Shown here: positions 42,953 to 52,498 of the stretch, one piece after another
Position numbering within the stretch: the first letter of the stretch is position 1
Layout of the letters: each line of letters begins with the position of its first letter
DNA from: Thermodesulfobacteriota bacterium
GTDB lineage: Bacteria; Desulfobacterota; Desulfobacteria; Desulfobacterales; SURF-7
NCBI GenBank assembly: GCA_049320885.1
Contig: JBMORA010000035.1
Span: 39,054-103,053 of the forward strand
Direction: 5' to 3'
DNA: 64,000 bases
The notes under the pieces: model-generated
Database searches by the model: none
Told to the model about the DNA's origin: nothing
The model's input: only the letters and a program-made list of their open reading frames with translations
Program-made: the position numbers and the translations under genes

Positions 42953-43508
42953 GTAGGGCAGACCATGGCTTTCATCTCTCATTGAGGCGATTATCGACCC
43001 CAGCTTCTCCGGCCGCCACGAGGATTAGATTCACGATTTTAGAAATAAATATGGACGTTGACAATCGATTCTTTTTTTGTGTCGTACCCAAAGGTGGAGT
43101 GAGACCAATGCTAGCAAGCGTCCTTGACCCATCCTTCGATCACTGGAAAGATATTTGACAACGATATAGAATTATTATAATTTGGTGCATACTATTTCGA
43201 TGCGCGTTTTGTTTTGGTTGGTGATCAAAGCGTTCTATTTCGTCTGTTTTTTATAATTCATCGGTGTTCCGAATAAAAATCAACGAATAGATCTGATTTC
43301 AGATTATTCCGTCCGCCTCTCTTTCTCCAGATACCTATTCGAATTAGAACGTTATGCCTGGAGCCGCTTGGGGGGGTGTTCATCGGATTGATGTCAAGTC
43401 TCTTGAGAGAGAAAAAATGATTCGTTCTGATTTGAAAGAATTTTGACACGAAACGAACTGGCCGCAACCATCCGGATTGTTCTCGACCGACAAGCGCGAG
43501 GTTAATTC

Positions 43509-44975
43509 ATGGCGAACGTACTGATCATCGATGACGACCCCACCATCCAGGCCCTCCTGAGCGCCCATGTGGAAGACAGCGAGAATACACCGTTTGTTGC
43601 AGGTTCCTTGCATGAGGCGCTGCGGATTGCCGCTGCCCATGAATTTGATCTCGTCTTTCTGGATGTGCGCCTTCCCGATGGGAATGGGCTGGAAGCATTG
43701 CCCCGGTTTCGTCAGCTTTCCGGGCAACCCGAAGTCATCATCATAACGGCTGTGGGCGACGCCGCGGGCGCGGAACTGGCCATCCGCTCCGGAGCCTGGA
43801 ATTACATTCAGAAGCCGGCGACGCGGCATGAGATCAGCCTGCAGATCACCCGCGCCCTGCAATATCGGGAAAAACATCCCAGAGAGCAGGCCGTCGCCTT
43901 GAAGCGGGAAAGCATCGTCGGCAGCAGTCCGCAGCTGACAGCGGCATTGGATCTTGTGGCCCAGTCGGCAAGAAGTGAAGCCAATGTCCTGATCACGGGA
44001 GAAACCGGCACGGGCAAGGAGCTTTTTGCCCAGACCATCCATCGCAACAGCTTGCGGGCAGACAAGCCTTTTGTCATCGTCGACTGCACGGCACTGCCCG
44101 AAACCTTGATTGAAAGCCTCCTGTTCGGCCATACCAAAGGCGCCTTTACCAATGCCGACCGGGACAAGTCCGGTTTGATCGAGCGCGCTGACAAGGGAAC
44201 ACTTTTTTTGGATGAGATCGGCGAATTGCCGTTGACGACCCAAAAGGCTTTCTTGCGGGTGTTGCAGGAGCGGACCTTCATGCCGGTGGGTGGCAGTCGG
44301 GAGATGAAAAGTGATTTTCGATTGATTGCGGCGACCAACCGGGATCTGTCCAACATGGTTACAGCGAACACGTTTCGAAAAGATCTGTTGTTTCGGATCA
44401 AAACATTTCACGTCGAATTGCCGCCGCTGCGGGAGCGGAGGAACGATATCAAGGAAATCGCGCAGCATTTCGTGACCGCCATTTGTGAACGCCATCGCTT
44501 ACAGGTGAAAGGATTTACATCCGATTTCATGGGCGTACTGGAGTCATACAATTGGCCTGGAAATGTGCGGGAACTGTATCATACCCTGGAAAAGGCCATC
44601 CTGACCGACCCGGGCAACCCGACGCTTTTCCCGGCCCACCTGCCCCAGGAAGTGCGGATTCACCATGCCCAAAAAGAGATGCAAATGAAGCGTGGTGACC
44701 TGCAGACCGGAGATCGGGCCGGGGAGCATGCGCCGTCCCCCGATTCGCGTTCAGGCGCGGTACCGGCCGAAAAAGAACCGCTGTTTGGCGAAGTGATACC
44801 GCCCTTGCGGGAATATCGGCAGGAGGTCATCCAGGATGCGGAACGGCGATATATGGCGCATCTTTTGCGAAGAGTCGGCCAGGATATTAAAACGGCCATC
44901 GAGGTCGCCGGTGTCGGCCAAGCCCGTTTTTACGCCCTGTTGAAAAAGTACCGCCTTTCCCGCAAAAACAACTGA
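43509..44975 (+). CDS. NtrC-family sigma54-dependent response regulator (REC, AAA+, HTH)
   Basis: MANVLIIDDDPTIQ...[45 protein letters not shown]-terminal HTH. The 371-aa minus-strand ORF 43380..44495 is its antisense shadow. Confidence 0.9.
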   Translation: MANVLIIDDDPTIQALLSAHVEDSENTPFVAGSLHEALRIAAAHEFDLVFLDVRLPDGNGLEALPRFRQLSGQPEVIIITAVGDAAGAELAIRSGAWNYIQKPATRHEISLQITRALQYREKHPREQAVALKRESIVGSSPQLTAALDLVAQSARSEANVLITGETGTGKELFAQTIHRNSLRADKPFVIVDCTALPETLIESLLFGHTKGAFTNADRDKSGLIERADKGTLFLDEIGELPLTTQKAFLRVLQERTFMPVGGSREMKSDFRLIAATNRDLSNMVTANTFRKDLLFRIKTFHVELPPLRERRNDIKEIAQHFVTAICERHRLQVKGFTSDFMGVLESYNWPGNVRELYHTLEKAILTDPGNPTLFPAHLPQEVRIHHAQKEMQMKRGDLQTGDRAGEHAPSPDSRSGAVPAEKEPLFGEVIPPLREYRQEVIQDAERRYMAHLLRRVGQDIKTAIEVAGVGQARFYALLKKYRLSRKNN

Positions 44976-45032
44976 ATCGACATTTCCATTGAATCGGTTC
45001 AATGGAAACATACGCGATAAAGGAATACAAGC

Positions 45033-48000
45033 ATGCGTAGATTTTTTCAGTTCGCCCTGCCGGCGCTCATGAGCGTTGTGTTGTTCGGTGCCACGGTATT
45101 CATTTTCATTCTGCCAAGAATGGAAGAGGCCATCATGGCCAAAAAGCGAGAAACCGTCCGGGAACTGGTCCGGACGGTGGTGGACCTTCTGAAAACCTAT
45201 CAGGCGAATGTGGAAAGCGGAGGTATTGACCTTGGCGAGGCCCAGCAACGAGCATTGGCCCGCATCCAGTGCCTCCGGTACGGACCGGAGATGAAAGATT
45301 ATTTTTGGATCAATGATTTGACCCCGCGGATGCTGGTGCATCCCTACCGGTCAGACCTGAACAGGCAGGATCTGCGGAATGTAACGGATCCAAATGGGAA
45401 AAAACTGTTTGTCGCAATGGTCCAACAAGCCACCGCGCAGGGCGGTGGGTTTGTCGAATACCTGTGGCAACACCATGACAACCCCAACAAAATCGTCCCC
45501 AAAGTTTCCTATGTGGCGTTATTCAAACCCTGGGGATGGATCATTGGCTCCGGACTCTATTATGACGATGTCCGTCAAGAAATCGCCAAAATTACAAGGA
45601 ATCTCGTCCTGGTAGGCATTGGCGTTCTGATGTTGGGCTCGCTTCTCAGTGCCTATCTTGCCTTCCGCGGCATGAGCGTCATGAAGGAGAATCAACGGAT
45701 GATGGCCTCGCTGCGTCACAGTGAGGCAAAATTCCGGGGCATCAGTTCCAGTGCCCACGATGGGATCATCATGATCGATTCCAACGGATTGGTGAATTTC
45801 TGGAATCCGGCGGCGGAAAAAATATTCGGTTATCGTGAAGACGAAATTATGGGGCGTGATTTGCATAAGCTGCTGGCGTCAGGGAACCAATACCAGAAAT
45901 ATGCCAGTGTGATCAAAAGGTTTCGCGCCGACGGAACCGGCGATGCCATCGGCAAAACCATCGAGCTGTTGGCCCTGCACAAAGAGGGTAAGGAAATCCC
46001 CATAGAACTGAGTGTGTCTGCGCTTTCTTTCGAGAATAAATGGCATGCGGTGGGGGTGGTCCGGGATATCTCCGAAAAGAAAAAAGCTGCGGCCAGTCTG
46101 CAGGAAAGTGAGACCAAATATCGTTCCCTTTTCGAGTCGACCCATGACATCATCTTTTTAATCAAAGGGGATCGGATCGTCGACTGCAATGCCCGGGCAA
46201 TGGAATTCTTCCAAATCGAAAAGGAAAAGATCCTCGGCAGGACACCGATGGAATTGTCGCCGCCGTATCAGGCAGATGGGGAGCTGACAGCTGCGGTGGG
46301 CCGGCGTTATTTCGACCTGGTAATGCAGGGAGAGCCCCAGCATTTCGAATGGACCCATCGGCGCAATGATGGGGAACTCGTTGACACGGACGTGGTATTG
46401 AAAAAAATTACCATGCTGGGTGAAGACTTGCTGTTAGGCGTCAGCCGGGATATTACGGATCGCAAAAAAATGGCGCTGGAGCGCGAAAGGACGGCATCCC
46501 TCTTGGTGGCGGCCATTGAACAGGCCCAGGCGGGCGTTATCATTGTCGACGCATCTGATGGCAGGTTGCTGCACGTAAACAAGGCGGCGCTGCAAATGCT
46601 GGGAGAGACACCAGAGCTGCTGAATCCGGATCGCAAGCGGCTGGCCCGTGCCTCCTGGCGGATCCTGGATACGAATGGTCATATGGTGGATATTGAAAAC
46701 CAGCCCCTGCGGCTGGCGTATTCCAAGGGCGTGGTGACCGCCAACCAGACCTATCTCATCGAGCGATCGGATAAAACGAGGATTTGGATCGAAGTCAACG
46801 CTTCGCCGGTACGCGACAAGAGCGGCCATATCATCTATGGTGTCGTTTTTTTCACCGACATCAGCGAGCGCATCCAGACGGAGGTGGCGCTTCGCCGTCT
46901 CAACCAATTTCAGGAAAGCATCATCGAGAACGCCAACGTCTGGATGACGGTGCATGACCCGGGCGGGAATGCCATCCTCTGGAACAAGGCTGCCGAAACG
47001 ATCAGCGGTTATGAGCGCACCAGTGTGATCGGCGGCAGTGACATCTGGACGCGGCTGTATCCCGCTGAAACGGAGCGAAACCGCGTACTGAAAATCATAA
47101 CGGAAGTCATTCGATCGGGGTGCGCCGTCAGCGGAGATGAAACCGACATCCGTTGTCATGATGGCAGAATAAAAACGATTTCATGGCATATCAGACGGTT
47201 GGGAGATGAAGGCAGCAGCCAGCCGGAAGCCTTGTGTCTGGGATATGATGTCACCGAAACCAAGCACCTTCAGAACCAGCTCGTCCAGACCCAGAAATTG
47301 GAGGCGGTGGGGACATTGGCAGCGGGCATTGCCCACGACTTTAACAATATCCTCTGGGGAATCCTCGGGTTCAGCGAATTGGCGTTGGGACAAATCAAGA
47401 CGAATCCGGAAAAAGCCCTCAACAGCGTCCGGCAGGTCCTTGAAGCCGGCAACCGCGCCAAATACATGGTGCAGCAGATCCTTCAGTTCAGCCGTCAGTC
47501 GGAAATCGCCATTGGGCCGCTTGACGTGACAAGTATCCTGAAAGAGGTTACCAAACTGTTGAAAGCCACGGTCCCGGCCAATTATGAAATCCGGTTGGCG
47601 TTGTCCAACAATGTGGGCTGGGTGCACGCGGATCCCACCCAGCTCCACCAGGTGATCATGAACCTTGCCACCAACGCCTATCATGCCATGCAGCCCTTTG
47701 ACAAAGGGGTGTTGTCTTTCTCGCTGGATATGCTGGAAACGGATTTCCCCATCAATTGTCAGGACCAGAACCTGCCGGCAGGGAAGTATGTTCGTCTTCA
47801 GATTGCAGACACCGGGACAGGCATCGACCCGGAAAACTTCGATAAAATATTCGACCCGTATTTCACGACGAAAAAACAAAGTGAAGGCACAGGTCTGGGG
47901 CTGGCCGTGTCCTATGGCATCATCAAAGCCCACCATGGCGGCATCCAGGTGGACAGCCGCAAAGGGGAAGGCACCTGCTTTTCGATTTACCTGCCCGCCC

Positions 48001-48428
48001 GGCGCGATGCGGCCGTGGAAGTCATTCTGCATAAAGAAGAAAGCAGGGGCGGTACCGAGCATATCTTATGTGTCGATGATGAAAAGCCGCTGACCAAGAT
48101 GACCGAAGACATGCTCAAGAGAATGGGATATACCGTAACCGCTTTTTGCAGCAGTCCGGAAGCCCTGGATTATTTCACAAGTCATGCCGAGGAGTTCGAC
48201 CTGGTGATCACCGACCAGGCCATGCCGAAAATGACCGGCCTGGCACTGGCGGCGAAAATCAAGGCCATCCATCCCCGGACCCCCATCATTCTGTGCACCG
48301 GTTTCAGTGAGCACATCACGGCGGAAAACCTGGAACGCAGCGGAATTTCCATGATTTTGAAAAAACCAGTAACCGGAAACGATCTGTCGTTGTCGATCCG
48401 CAAGATATTGGACGAAAACAAAATATAA
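45033..48428 (+). CDS. Hybrid sensor histidine kinase (Cache-like periplasmic domain, multiple PAS, HisKA, HATPase, REC)
   Basis: 1131 aa. Cache-like YFWINDLTPRMLVHPY...GGGFVEYLW...GWIIGSGLY. Several PAS segments. H-box AAGIAHDFNNIL. ATPase box DTGTGI...GTGLGLAV. C-terminal REC HILCVDDE...DLVITDQAMPKMTG. Confidence 0.9.
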   Translation: MRRFFQFALPALMSVVLFGATVFIFILPRMEEAIMAKKRETVRELVRTVVDLLKTYQANVESGGIDLGEAQQRALARIQCLRYGPEMKDYFWINDLTPRMLVHPYRSDLNRQDLRNVTDPNGKKLFVAMVQQATAQGGGFVEYLWQHHDNPNKIVPKVSYVALFKPWGWIIGSGLYYDDVRQEIAKITRNLVLVGIGVLMLGSLLSAYLAFRGMSVMKENQRMMASLRHSEAKFRGISSSAHDGIIMIDSNGLVNFWNPAAEKIFGYREDEIMGRDLHKLLASGNQYQKYASVIKRFRADGTGDAIGKTIELLALHKEGKEIPIELSVSALSFENKWHAVGVVRDISEKKKAAASLQESETKYRSLFESTHDIIFLIKGDRIVDCNARAMEFFQIEKEKILGRTPMELSPPYQADGELTAAVGRRYFDLVMQGEPQHFEWTHRRNDGELVDTDVVLKKITMLGEDLLLGVSRDITDRKKMALERERTASLLVAAIEQAQAGVIIVDASDGRLLHVNKAALQMLGETPELLNPDRKRLARASWRILDTNGHMVDIENQPLRLAYSKGVVTANQTYLIERSDKTRIWIEVNASPVRDKSGHIIYGVVFFTDISERIQTEVALRRLNQFQESIIENANVWMTVHDPGGNAILWNKAAETISGYERTSVIGGSDIWTRLYPAETERNRVLKIITEVIRSGCAVSGDETDIRCHDGRIKTISWHIRRLGDEGSSQPEALCLGYDVTETKHLQNQLVQTQKLEAVGTLAAGIAHDFNNILWGILGFSELALGQIKTNPEKALNSVRQVLEAGNRAKYMVQQILQFSRQSEIAIGPLDVTSILKEVTKLLKATVPANYEIRLALSNNVGWVHADPTQLHQVIMNLATNAYHAMQPFDKGVLSFSLDMLETDFPINCQDQNLPAGKYVRLQIADTGTGIDPENFDKIFDPYFTTKKQSEGTGLGLAVSYGIIKAHHGGIQVDSRKGEGTCFSIYLPARRDAAVEVILHKEESRGGTEHILCVDDEKPLTKMTEDMLKRMGYTVTAFCSSPEALDYFTSHAEEFDLVITDQAMPKMTGLALAAKIKAIHPRTPIILCTGFSEHITAENLERSGISMILKKPVTGNDLSLSIRKILDENKI

Positions 48429-48540
48429 TCAATAAATGGCCAATATCCCCGAAGCTGGTCATACGCCTCGCCAAGGGGTTGCTTGCCTGCCAGGATAACC
48501 GAACACGATCCGCTTTCGTTTGGGGCGGAGTCGCTGCGCC

Positions 48541-48565
48541 TTCCATTTTTCCACTCAAAATGGAA
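48541..48565. promoter_or_regulatory. 9-bp perfect inverted repeat, candidate enhancer site for the MCP promoter
   Basis: TTCCATTTT - TCCACTC - AAAATGGAA, ~120-140 bp upstream of the -24 element at 48683. An AT-rich stretch lies between them. Confidence 0.3.
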
Positions 48566-48682
48566 ATTCTATTTTTTGTGGGGAAATGCCAATGACGCTT
48601 CGTTGCACAGAACACCTCACGAAAATATCCATCCATTAAAAAATAAAAGTAAAATCAATATATTATAAAATTTTCCTCCTGT

Positions 48683-48697
48683 TGGCACTCCTCTTGC
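48683..48697 (+). promoter_or_regulatory. Canonical sigma54 (-24/-12) promoter for the MCP-cheW pair
   Basis: TGGCACTCCTCTTGC is an exact match to TGGCAC-N5-TTGC. It lies ~123 nt before the MCP ATG (48820, SD AAGGAG). Confidence 0.7.
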
Positions 48698-48819
48698 GAA
48701 GGCCTGATAGTGTCCGACAAACACCGGCGGTGAAAGCAGGTCAAGGCAGGAAAACAGAGCGTAACGGATTTAGATTAGAACAACAATAACGCAACCCCCA
48801 AATAAAGGAGTGCAGCAAC

Positions 48820-50964
48820 ATGAGAACATTTGGAATCGGTAAGAAAATGATGCTGGGCGGACTTTCCATTGTCATTATTCCGCTGGTTGTCGTGGGCTTC
48901 TATTCGATTTTAAAGGCTTCCAACGGATTACAGACGCTGGCGGAGGAACGGGCTGCCATGACCGCCGCAACCCTCGCCAAAATGACGGAACTGGCCTTGA
49001 ACGAGGAGACCAAGCTGATCAGGGAAATCGCTTTGGATTCTCATGTCGTGCAAGCGGCGGCATTCAAAGACAGCCAAGATGCCATAGCGGCTGCCAATGA
49101 ATTGCTTTCGAAGAAGCTGGCGGTATTGGGGGATACTTATGAAGAGATTTTTGCAATCGATGAAAAGGGCATCGTTTTCAGTGACAGCGCAGACGGGAAA
49201 ATGGCTGGCATGAGTCTGGGCGACCGGGCGTATTTCCAGACAGCTTTACAAGGAGCGGCGGTCGTCAGCGATGCCTTGAAATCCAAAGTGACGGGGGCGC
49301 CGATTGTGGTCGTCGCAGCCCCCATACTGGATCCAGCCGGAAAGATCTGCGGGGTTGCCGGAACTTCCCTCAAGATCGATTTTCTCATCGAAAAAATCGT
49401 TTCCACCAGGATCGGTGAAACCGGCTACCCCTTTATGGTGAATAAGGACGGACTCACCATCGCCCATCCCAAAAAAGAATATATCCTGGATTTGAATCTG
49501 CGGGATGACACCCAGAGCCAGATGGAAACCATCATGCGCCGGATGCTGCAGGGAGAAAAAGGCGTGGAGCATTATGTTTTCAACAATACTCCGAAAATCG
49601 CCGGTTTCGCCCCAGTGGCCATCACCAACTGGAGTCTTGCCGTGACCCAGGATGAAGCGGAATTCATGCAAGCGGTTCATACGATTCGAAACGGCATCCT
49701 CCTCGTGGGCTTCATCTCGTTGACTCTGGCGACTGTTCTGGTGCTCAGTTTTTCCCGGAGTATATCCCAACCCCTTGTCAAAGCGGCTTCCGTGGCCAAT
49801 GCCATTGCCGTGGGGGATTTGTCGAAACGCGTGAATTACACCTCGCGGGATGAGGTCGGTTCGTTGTCGCAATCACTGGACAAGATGGCGGTCAGTTTGG
49901 AGCAAAAGGCGAAATTGGCCCAGACAATTGCCGCCGGCGATTTGACTTCCGATGTACCCATCGCTTCGGAAACCGATATCCTCGGGAAAGCCCTCCAGAA
50001 AATGGTGCTGAACCTGAACGATGTGTTGGGGGATGTCAACAGTGCTTCCATGCAAGTTTCCGCAGGAACTAGTCAGGTATCGGAATCCAGTCAATCGCTT
50101 TCCCAGGGCGCCACCGAGCAGGCGTCCTCGCTGGAAGAAATCACCAGCTCGGTGACAGAACTGGCCAGCCAGACCAAATCCAATGCCGAGAACGCCTCAC
50201 AGGCCAACCAACTGGCAGTTACCGCCCGGAATACCGCGGATAAAGGCAATACCCACATGCAGGGCATGGTGGCAGCCATGACCGACATCGCCGGATCCAG
50301 CAAGGAAATCGCCAAAATCATCAAAGCGATCGATGACATTGCCTTTCAAACCAATCTGCTGGCGCTGAATGCGGCGGTTGAGGCAGCGCGGGCTGGAAAA
50401 CACGGCAAGGGATTTGCGGTGGTCGCCCAGGAAGTGCGCAATCTGGCCTGGCGAAGCGCCAAGGCCGCTCAGGAAACCACCGAGCTCATTGAGGGTGCCG
50501 TTAAAAAGGTCGAAAATGGAACAGAGATTGTCAATCAAACCGCAGCGGCCCTGAACGAAATCGTTTCGGGCGCCACAAAGGTCGCCGATCTGGTGGCCGA
50601 AATCGCCTCGGCCAGCAATGAGCAGGCCCAAGGCATCAGCCAGATCAATCAGGCCCTTTCGCAAGTCGACCAGGTAACCCAGTCGAACACGGCCAATGCG
50701 GAAGAAACCGCGGCAGCGGCCGAGGAACTGTCCGGTCAGGCTGTCCAGTTGCAACAGCTGGTGTCGCGATTCAAGCTGAACAGCGCAAAATCCTTGGCAT
50801 ATAGCGAACGGGCAGCCCTGCCGGAATCCAATCAGACCCAAACCCGCCGAAAAAAAACAGGTGCCATCGCTTGGGGGGAAAACAATGATATGGGCCGCAA
50901 CGACAAGGTGGTTGATCCGGCGATGGTCATTGCATTGGATGAAAGCGAATTCGGCCGGTATTAA
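48820..50964 (+). CDS. Methyl-accepting chemotaxis protein (double-Cache sensor, HAMP, MCP signalling domain)
   Basis: 714 aa. TM, then a Cache-like periplasmic domain (GYPFMVNKDGLTIAHP). HAMP segment. Signalling hairpin EIAKIIKAIDDIAFQTNLLALNAAVEAARAGKHGKGFAVVAQEVRNLA. Confidence 0.9.
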   Translation: MRTFGIGKKMMLGGLSIVIIPLVVVGFYSILKASNGLQTLAEERAAMTAATLAKMTELALNEETKLIREIALDSHVVQAAAFKDSQDAIAAANELLSKKLAVLGDTYEEIFAIDEKGIVFSDSADGKMAGMSLGDRAYFQTALQGAAVVSDALKSKVTGAPIVVVAAPILDPAGKICGVAGTSLKIDFLIEKIVSTRIGETGYPFMVNKDGLTIAHPKKEYILDLNLRDDTQSQMETIMRRMLQGEKGVEHYVFNNTPKIAGFAPVAITNWSLAVTQDEAEFMQAVHTIRNGILLVGFISLTLATVLVLSFSRSISQPLVKAASVANAIAVGDLSKRVNYTSRDEVGSLSQSLDKMAVSLEQKAKLAQTIAAGDLTSDVPIASETDILGKALQKMVLNLNDVLGDVNSASMQVSAGTSQVSESSQSLSQGATEQASSLEEITSSVTELASQTKSNAENASQANQLAVTARNTADKGNTHMQGMVAAMTDIAGSSKEIAKIIKAIDDIAFQTNLLALNAAVEAARAGKHGKGFAVVAQEVRNLAWRSAKAAQETTELIEGAVKKVENGTEIVNQTAAALNEIVSGATKVADLVAEIASASNEQAQGISQINQALSQVDQVTQSNTANAEETAAAAEELSGQAVQLQQLVSRFKLNSAKSLAYSERAALPESNQTQTRRKKTGAIAWGENNDMGRNDKVVDPAMVIALDESEFGRY

Positions 50965-50979
50965 TCGAGAAGGAGATCG

Positions 50980-51462
50980 ATGATGAAAAACGCACGACTT
51001 GATGCAATTGATATTGAAATCGACGAAGAAGCAGACGACACCAATGAGAACCGGTTTTTAACTTTCAGACTGGAAGATGAGGAATACGGCCTTGAGATCA
51101 ATTATGTAAAAGAAGTGGTGGGGCTTCAAAAAATCACCGCCATACCGGATGTACCAGAGTATATCAAAGGGGTCCTCAATCTCAGGGGCCAGGTAATTCC
51201 GATTATGGACGCCCGAGCCCGTTTCAACCTGAGCGAAAAGGCCTATAACGATAGAACCTGCGTCGTGGTGATCGATGTGGACATGACCCCCCTGGGCCTG
51301 ATCGTCGATGAAGTCAAAGATGTATTGGAAATACCCGCGGAAAAAATATCGGCGCCGCCGAGAATGCAGCAGACGGAAGCAAACCATTTTATCCGTGGCT
51401 TGGGCAGACACGATGATGCGGTAAAAATTCTTTTGGATGCGAGGACACTGTTTGACCTATGA
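50980..51462 (+). CDS. cheW: Chemotaxis coupling protein CheW
   Basis: FLTFRLEDEEYGLEINYVKEVVGLQKITAIPDVPEYIKGVLNLRGQVIPIMDARARF...LGLIVDEVKDVLEI. Confidence 0.9.
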   Translation: MMKNARLDAIDIEIDEEADDTNENRFLTFRLEDEEYGLEINYVKEVVGLQKITAIPDVPEYIKGVLNLRGQVIPIMDARARFNLSEKAYNDRTCVVVIDVDMTPLGLIVDEVKDVLEIPAEKISAPPRMQQTEANHFIRGLGRHDDAVKILLDARTLFDL

Positions 51463-51605
51463 CTTCACGAGGCTGCCAGCTGATGAACAAGTCATTGCAA
51501 TTGCCAGTCACTGATTTACCAATAGCTTGACGCGCAATTAAAAACCATTGATTTCATGAATGCGGAAACGTGATTGGGCATAGGTCATCGATAGGAAATT
51601 TGGCT

Positions 51606-52082
51606 ATGAAAATAATAGCTTTTAGTGAGACAGCCGACGCGCCTTTTTTCGGGATTTTAAAAACGTTTGAGCGTGCTGATAAATGCCAGGTGTTACGTTT
51701 TTGTACGGCAAAGGATTTTAAGGAGGCGGTTCGAACAAACATTGCTCCCAAACCAGTTATCCTTTTTTCGGCTGTAGAAAGGTCACAGTTTCGCCATCTT
51801 CAGGATATCAGAGATTATTTATTCGACTCCATCCTATTGCTGATCGTACCAAATGAAGAGCATTACCAAAGTTTTCAAAAAGAGAGTGCCATTTATCCAC
51901 GGTATGTATTTTACAAAGAAGATGAACAGCAACTGTTACCGTCGGTGCTGACCAAATTGGGAGAAAAGATAGCAATTTCACAGATAGAACAATCATCTTG
52001 CATACCTGAAAAAAAGAGGTGGTCATTTGACACCAAGAAAAATTCCGATGACTCAGAAATTATACGAGATACTCAAGCGTAG
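51606..52082 (+). CDS. Hypothetical protein, low-GC; its 3' part overlaps an integrase remnant in another frame
   Basis: MKIIAFSETADAPFFGILKTFERADKCQVLRFCTAKDFKEAV... No family recognised. SD AGGAAA upstream. Confidence 0.35.
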   Translation: MKIIAFSETADAPFFGILKTFERADKCQVLRFCTAKDFKEAVRTNIAPKPVILFSAVERSQFRHLQDIRDYLFDSILLLIVPNEEHYQSFQKESAIYPRYVFYKEDEQQLLPSVLTKLGEKIAISQIEQSSCIPEKKRWSFDTKKNSDDSEIIRDTQA

Positions 52083-52194
52083 GCAGGAAAACAGCGAAAG
52101 CGATAAGCCTTGGGTATTCTGGCATCGGTTCTACAGCCAGAAAAAAAGTCTCACACGGAGTCTCACACAGCAAAATAAAATAGAAAGGGGATAA
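52027..52194 (+). pseudogene. Short remnant of a tyrosine-recombinase (phage-integrase-like) gene next to the tRNA
   Basis: Hand translation gives LTPRKIPMTQKLYEILKRRQENSESDKPWVFWHRFYSQKK... This resembles the IPMT..L.E.L......WVF segment of integrases. It is followed by tandem GTCTCACAC units and lies 40 nt from the tRNA 3' end. Weak evidence. Confidence 0.3.
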
Positions 52195-52235
52195 CTTCCT
52201 GTATCAGTTATCCCCCACTATTCATTAAGTATTTT

Positions 52236-52311
52236 TGGTGGAGCTGAGGGGGATCGAACCCCTGGCCTCATGACTGCCAGTCATGCGCTCTCCCAGCTGA
52301 GCTACAGCCCC
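52236..52311 (-). tRNA. tRNA-Ala (anticodon GGC), CCA encoded
   Basis: The reverse complement GGGGCTGTAGCTCAGCTGGGAGAGCGCATGACTGGCAGTCATGAGGCCAGGGGTTCGATCCCCCTCAGCTCCACCA folds as a 76-nt cloverleaf. The anticodon loop is CT-GGC-AG. The G3:U70 alanine identity pair is present. T-loop GGTTCGATCC. Confidence 0.95.
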
Positions 52312-52398
52312 AGAAAACCCCAAAAAAAGACAAAAGACGATTAGCAGAAAACCGCGGCCAGTGTCAACAATAAATTTTATCTGTTTTCAGAGAAATGA

Positions 52399-52427
52399 TT
52401 GACAAAAGCCGGGAGAAAAAATAATAG
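52399..52427 (+). promoter_or_regulatory. Possible sigma70 promoter for ppiD
   Basis: TTGACA (52399-52404), a 17-nt spacer, then TAATAG (52422-52427). Confidence 0.3.
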
Positions 52428-52498
52428 ATTAATTCCTTTGAACCATCTGCATGCGCCAGTGGGTTTGACCAAATTTTCATAGCAAGGGAGTTGCATTT

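Noticed and set aside
42953-43508. Searched the 550-bp AT-rich gap at the right island border for a tRNA fragment, att repeat, sigma54 promoter or small RNA
   Set aside because: I found nothing convincing. TGGTGCATACTATTTCG lacks the -12 GC/TTG element at the right spacing, and there is no tRNA-like segment.
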